Origin: the human T2T-CHM13v2.0 reference genome, Homo sapiens
DNA length: 64,000 nucleotides
Assembly (NCBI RefSeq): GCF_009914755.1
Contig: NC_060934.1
Strand: one strand, 5' to 3'
Below are positions 58,849-64,000 of the stretch, one piece after another. A program made the position numbers and the translations under genes. Numbering within the stretch: position 1 is the stretch's first letter; every line of letters begins with the position of its first letter. The notes below the pieces were generated by a model, which did not search any database, was not told where the DNA came from, and saw nothing but the letters and a program-made list of their open reading frames with translations.

Positions 58849-59150
58849 GTCCAGGCACGGTGGCTCACGCCTGTAATCCCAGCACTTTGGGAGACCGAGG
58901 CAGGTGGATCACCTGAGGTCGGGAGTTCGAGACCAGCTGACTAACATGAGGAAACACTGTCTCTACTAAAACTACAAAATTAGCTGGGCGTTGTGGCGCA
59001 TGCCTGTAGTCCTAGCTACTCGGGAGACTGAGGCAGGAGAATCCCTTGAACCCGGAGGGGGAGGTTGCAGTGAGCTGAGATTGTGCCATTGCACTCCAGC
59101 CTGGGCAACAAGAGCAAAACTCTGTCCCTCAAAAAATCAAAATAAAAAAT
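58849..59150 (+). mobile_element. AluSp-like
   Basis: Full dimer; flanking aaaaataaattt duplication. Confidence 0.92.
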
Positions 59151-62100
59151 AAATTTATGGCTACTATCCATTGGGCACCTGCCATGTGCAAGGTACAGTG
59201 CTAGGTACTTTAGGTAAAATCATGAATCCTCACATCAGTTCCACCGGATTTATATTCTAAATTACGAAGAAACAGATTCAGATACATTGTGACTTTGCTC
59301 TGGGTAAGTGGCAACTAGTAGGTGGCAGAATGGAATTCCAACCTAAGCCAGCCTGGTTCTAGAACCAGTGTTCTTTCAGCTGTATTATACTCCCCTATGT
59401 TTTCATTTCCATGTGTGTCCTTTAACATGAAGCGGAGTACTGTTTATAAAGGAGTTTCTTGGCAAATGGTGTTGACTGATCAGTACTTAGGATCCTTAAG
59501 TTGTTTTCCTTTGTCTTGGTGGATGACTTTAATGCGCCACCCTCCTACCCTATCTGGTACCTAGTGAGTGGCCTAGATGTTAATGAAGAGACATGAGCTA
59601 TTTTTTTTTTTTAAGTAACTTTTAAAAATTGACAAAAGTTACATGTATGTATTATCTAAAACATGATTTGGAATACGTATACATTTAGAACATAAGGTTT
59701 TAGAATATGATTTATGAGAATGCATAAATCAGTCTAATTGACATATGTATTACCTCAATACTTTTTTTTTTTTGTGATAACATTTAAAGTTTCCCCTCTT
59801 AGCAACTTCAAAGAGATTTAATCTTATTGGCAGCCAGTTGAACGGTATAGATCAAGCCTATGACTTTCTCACCTGGAAAATCAGTCACAAAAAATGTTTC
59901 AGATGCCTTCAGGAAGAGATACAAGAAGAGTCTCCTTTGCTAAATGCCAGGAATATCAAATCTTGGACTTCAGAGACTGGCCATATAAGGAAAGAGATTT
60001 TTATAGACAAAGAGGGTTGAAGTAAAATAATGGGATAGAATAAGCATATTAAGCTGGATAAGTGTTATGTAATCCTAGGTCATCTCTTAATGGCCATGTC
60101 CTTGACATTGTTGCATTAAGAATGAGAGCTCGGAGAAATAGTCCATGTGTTGGCATGCTAGTCTCTAAGTTAGAATAGATGTGATCACAAATCATGAGTG
60201 CTCTTAAAGGGTGGATCCTGCATTCACTCATCCACTTCTGCCTTCATTCAGGCTCAAGCAAGTGGTGGTGACTTTGGAAAGATAAGGAGAGAAAAGGAAG
60301 GACAAAAAAGGAAAAAGGGAGTAAAACCAGACTGGGGAAGTGGGCAGCAGGGATACTTGGGCAAATTCAGAGTGCATAGTATTTGTACATGTACATGCAT
60401 ATTGTATTTATAATACTAAGAGCTATGTAAACTGTAAAATACTATTTCAGGAAAGAGTATAGTATGCTAGAAAGAGAATTTCTGACTAGGTGGTGTGGAT
60501 TCAGCTTTCTCAGCTCTACCATTACCCTAAGTGTGTAACCTTATGAAAGTGTTAGAATCTGAAATAATCGCTATTCTATTAATACTTCTCTGGCTTTCCT
60601 TCCTGATTAAGATCATGCTAAGTTTGAAAACACTTTGTGCGTGCTCATATGCTGTATACATGTTGTTATTGTTTTTATACTGTTAATTATTTCTCTTCAT
60701 CTAAAGTATTGCCTACCAGAAACTTTATCGAGAGGAAAAAATTTGTACCCAAGAACACACACATTATGATTAAGAGAAGTTAGAGTTAAATTAAATAGCC
60801 AATTTAAATAGAGCCAATTTGGCTCTCATCCCTAGGCTTTATAAAAGAGACAGTGGCAGCCTTGTGGGTGAGGGGAATGTGGACCTAATTACTCATTTAA
60901 TTTAATCATTCATCCCTTTAACTCCTTTAAAACCTGACTTTTATAGGTCGATTATATAATGTGTGTGAGCACAGTGTTTCTCTTTGAATGAAAAACCCTG
61001 TTGAATGGCTTTACAAAAAGAAGATTTTGATATATTCATAGTAATAAACTTGGTTTGCATTTCTCTGAGGCTTATGGTCTTCAACTTCTGACCAAGTTAG
61101 TGAAGGGCTGCTATAACTACCAGATGGCAGTCTTTTCTGATCCAGTGTTAGATGCCAACAGACTAATAGCAGAATAGATGTAAGCAGAATTCAAGCACAG
61201 CATTTGAAGTATTGTTTAAATTGGTCATCTAGCAAATTTAATATAAAGAGGATAAAGAGAATATGTTCATGTCGCCATACAATTGTTTGGTTCTCAGGGC
61301 AGTCCCAGAATGCATCTTTAGTTTGTGTTCCATGTAAAATGCAGGGTACAGGGATATTTTGCCAAGTGCTGGTTTGAAATTTACTTGGGATCCATCCAGC
61401 TGGCAGATCAGCTGTGCTAATCAGATGGGCCCGTTTCTGGGGAATGGGATTTCATAGAGGGAGCAGTGTTCTTGAAGTATAGTTACTTAAAAACCAGTTA
61501 ATTTTTAATTTAAAAATTCTCATAAGTGCTATATTAAAATGTATATAGTGCAAGTATTATGTATATAGTGCAAATACTTTGTGCATTCTTGTAAATAATA
61601 AATAGGGACAATAAAGTCATTGTGCTATACTCAGCTGCCTTTAATTTCTATTTTGAATCTCTGGGACCGTAATTTGCTAGTTGCCTGCAGTGTTTATTAG
61701 GATTAACTCATCTGCATTTCCCACTAATGTAGATCATTAGTTCTAAGAGATTTCTCAGGATAAATAGTGCCAAATATGTTTGGGAAACTACTTTCTGTAC
61801 CATCTCTTAAAGGTTTATATTGTACCTTAGCATAGCAAAGACTGAGAAGTACAGCAATTAAGTACAGGGTTTGCTTTGTTTTGTTAAAACTCAGTGTGTC
61901 TCAAGTATGTCACTAGACCACAGAAATCAGTCTCTAGTTCCATCCCATGGAGCTCCTGTTTCTTAGAACACTCTTAGGGAAAACACTGCCCTTAAGTTAT
62001 GAGTTAACAAATCTCTAGAGTTTATTTTTTTGATTACATTTTGGAACTACTACAATTAAAATTTGTAGTTACAAATATCTCAGCCTAGGGGATATAATGC

Positions 62101-63477
62101 TTTTGTTTTAAAAATCAGTATTCATAAGGTCATTTTACATAGAAATGTTAATTTCTATGGGGTATGTCTTTGAATTGATATTGACATATATCTTGGGACA
62201 TTTTGGTATTTTGTAAATATAATTTTCCTTTTGTTTCAAAAAATTACATTTTTTGATAAACAAGATAATTTCTTTAGCAAGTATTTTATAATTTAAAATT
62301 ATATTTTTTCATTAATAAAATAAAATATAATTATTTTAAATTCAACTGTAAGATAAATGTTTTAGTAGCAATTAAACTAGTCTGTAATTCTCATTTGAGC
62401 TGAAAGGAAAACCAAAGATTTCAATAGTCCAAGATACTGCCATGTAATCAGTTATTAAATGGGGCTTTGAGACTCTCAACCTAGACAATCATACTCTAAA
62501 GATAAGCAAATTACTTACGTATACCAGTCTACTGTTTATATTCTCTAATCTGAATATAAAGGGTTTTAAACATTTCTTTGCTTTCCATGAATTCCTTAAA
62601 AATGACATCTGAGAATGTTTTTTAAAAAATGTTATATCTAAATGTGGATCCTGAATCATCCCCAGGTTGTAAAACAGGAAAGTTGTGTCGTTTTGTGAGT
62701 AATAGGAAATACTAAGTATAGACAAGCTTCTAAGTGTAAGCCAATGCATACATTAAGTAAATTAAACCAAAAAAGATTAACCAGCCATGTTTCAGGTTTT
62801 GGAACATGTAATGTATAAATGTAACCTACTAGAAAAATAGTTCTTTGCCATTAACCCTCAAACCAAATCATGAGACAATTTTTTCAGTTGCATTTGGAAG
62901 ACCATGTTTGTTAGCTTTGGCTTACCATTTGCTGAATAAATAAAAATGGCATGTTTAATGCTAAGTAGTATTTATAACCAGACCATCAAACACCAAGTGG
63001 AATTCTGAGGGAGGGATTCTTTCATATTGAAATATAAAATAAACGTTTTGTCCTTAGGGTTTCATTAGATGGTACAAGATCTGTAAGGTAATGAGCTCAT
63101 CCATTTCTCATCATTATGTCAGCGCCCCCTTGCTGCTATACCTTCATTGATATTCCCTTTCCACCCTCTGCTCTATCACCAACCCCATCTATCTGCATCC
63201 CATGTTTTAAAGAAATTACAGGTAAAGGGAATAAACTCACTAGAACAGCCTTTATTCTGAAGAATATTGCTTGGTGAGGAAGCCTAATGATTAGAGTGAT
63301 AACTGACTCCATCAGGAAGCGAAGCAACTTCCCATCAGCAGAAGTGCCATTAAAAGCTCTAAATCCAAGCTAGACTTGCTGACTAAACAGAAATTGCACT
63401 TGTGGCGCTTTGTCAGCTGCCTGTAGTTTGACCCTCTCTCTTTTCTACTACCAGTAATAGTATGAATCCTTTTAGAC

Positions 63478-63645
63478 TAGTGGTACTCAGACTTTAGCAT
63501 GCATTGGAAGCACCTGGAGGGCTTGTTAAACCATAAATTGCTAGGCCACACCCCATACTTTGATTCTTTAAGTCTGAAGTAAGGCCCGGTAATTTGCATT
63601 CTCACACGTTACCAGGTGTTACTATTGGTTTGAGACTCAGTGTTT
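63478..63645. mobile_element. MER5A
   Basis: tagtggtactcagactttagcatgcatt...cacctggagggcttgttaaa...aatttgcattctcac. Confidence 0.8.
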
Positions 63646-63725
63646 TTTTAGACTAAGAATTGTCTTTGAATTTTCTCTTTTCCTGTCTCTTATGCCACCA
63701 CTGTCCCCATCGAAGCCTATCATCT

Positions 63726-64000
<275 letters not shown>

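Overview
Human (primate) genomic DNA with no supportable protein-coding exon. I recognise it from memory as the 5' regulatory region of ADD3 (gamma-adducin, chr10q25), on the + strand; this is not database-verified. It contains three candidate non-coding 5' exons: a distal one ending at 24300, a trinucleotide-repeat exon ending at 34004 and a CpG-island exon ending at 36151. About 28 kb of intron 1 follows. The antisense lncRNA ADD3-AS1 probably overlaps the left half. The rest is interspersed repeats (about 28 Alus, L1, L2, MIR, LTRs, hAT DNA transposons). ORF-track entries are Alu/L1-derived or chance ORFs. I see no clear new multi-gene system. The most interesting signal is a compound (GCT)4-AAT-(GCT)5(GCC)4(GCT)5 repeat in a 5'UTR exon. 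It is read by two ATG-initiated small ORFs missed by the track: a 43-aa poly-Ala peptide and a 17-aa Leu/Pro peptide. Other notable items are a 74-bp templated insertion copied from 1.5 kb away, a perfect 33-bp palindrome, two cases of Alu re-insertion at the same target site, a collapsed inverted Alu pair and a twin-primed L1PB1. Repeat subfamily calls and most boundaries are by eye and approximate.
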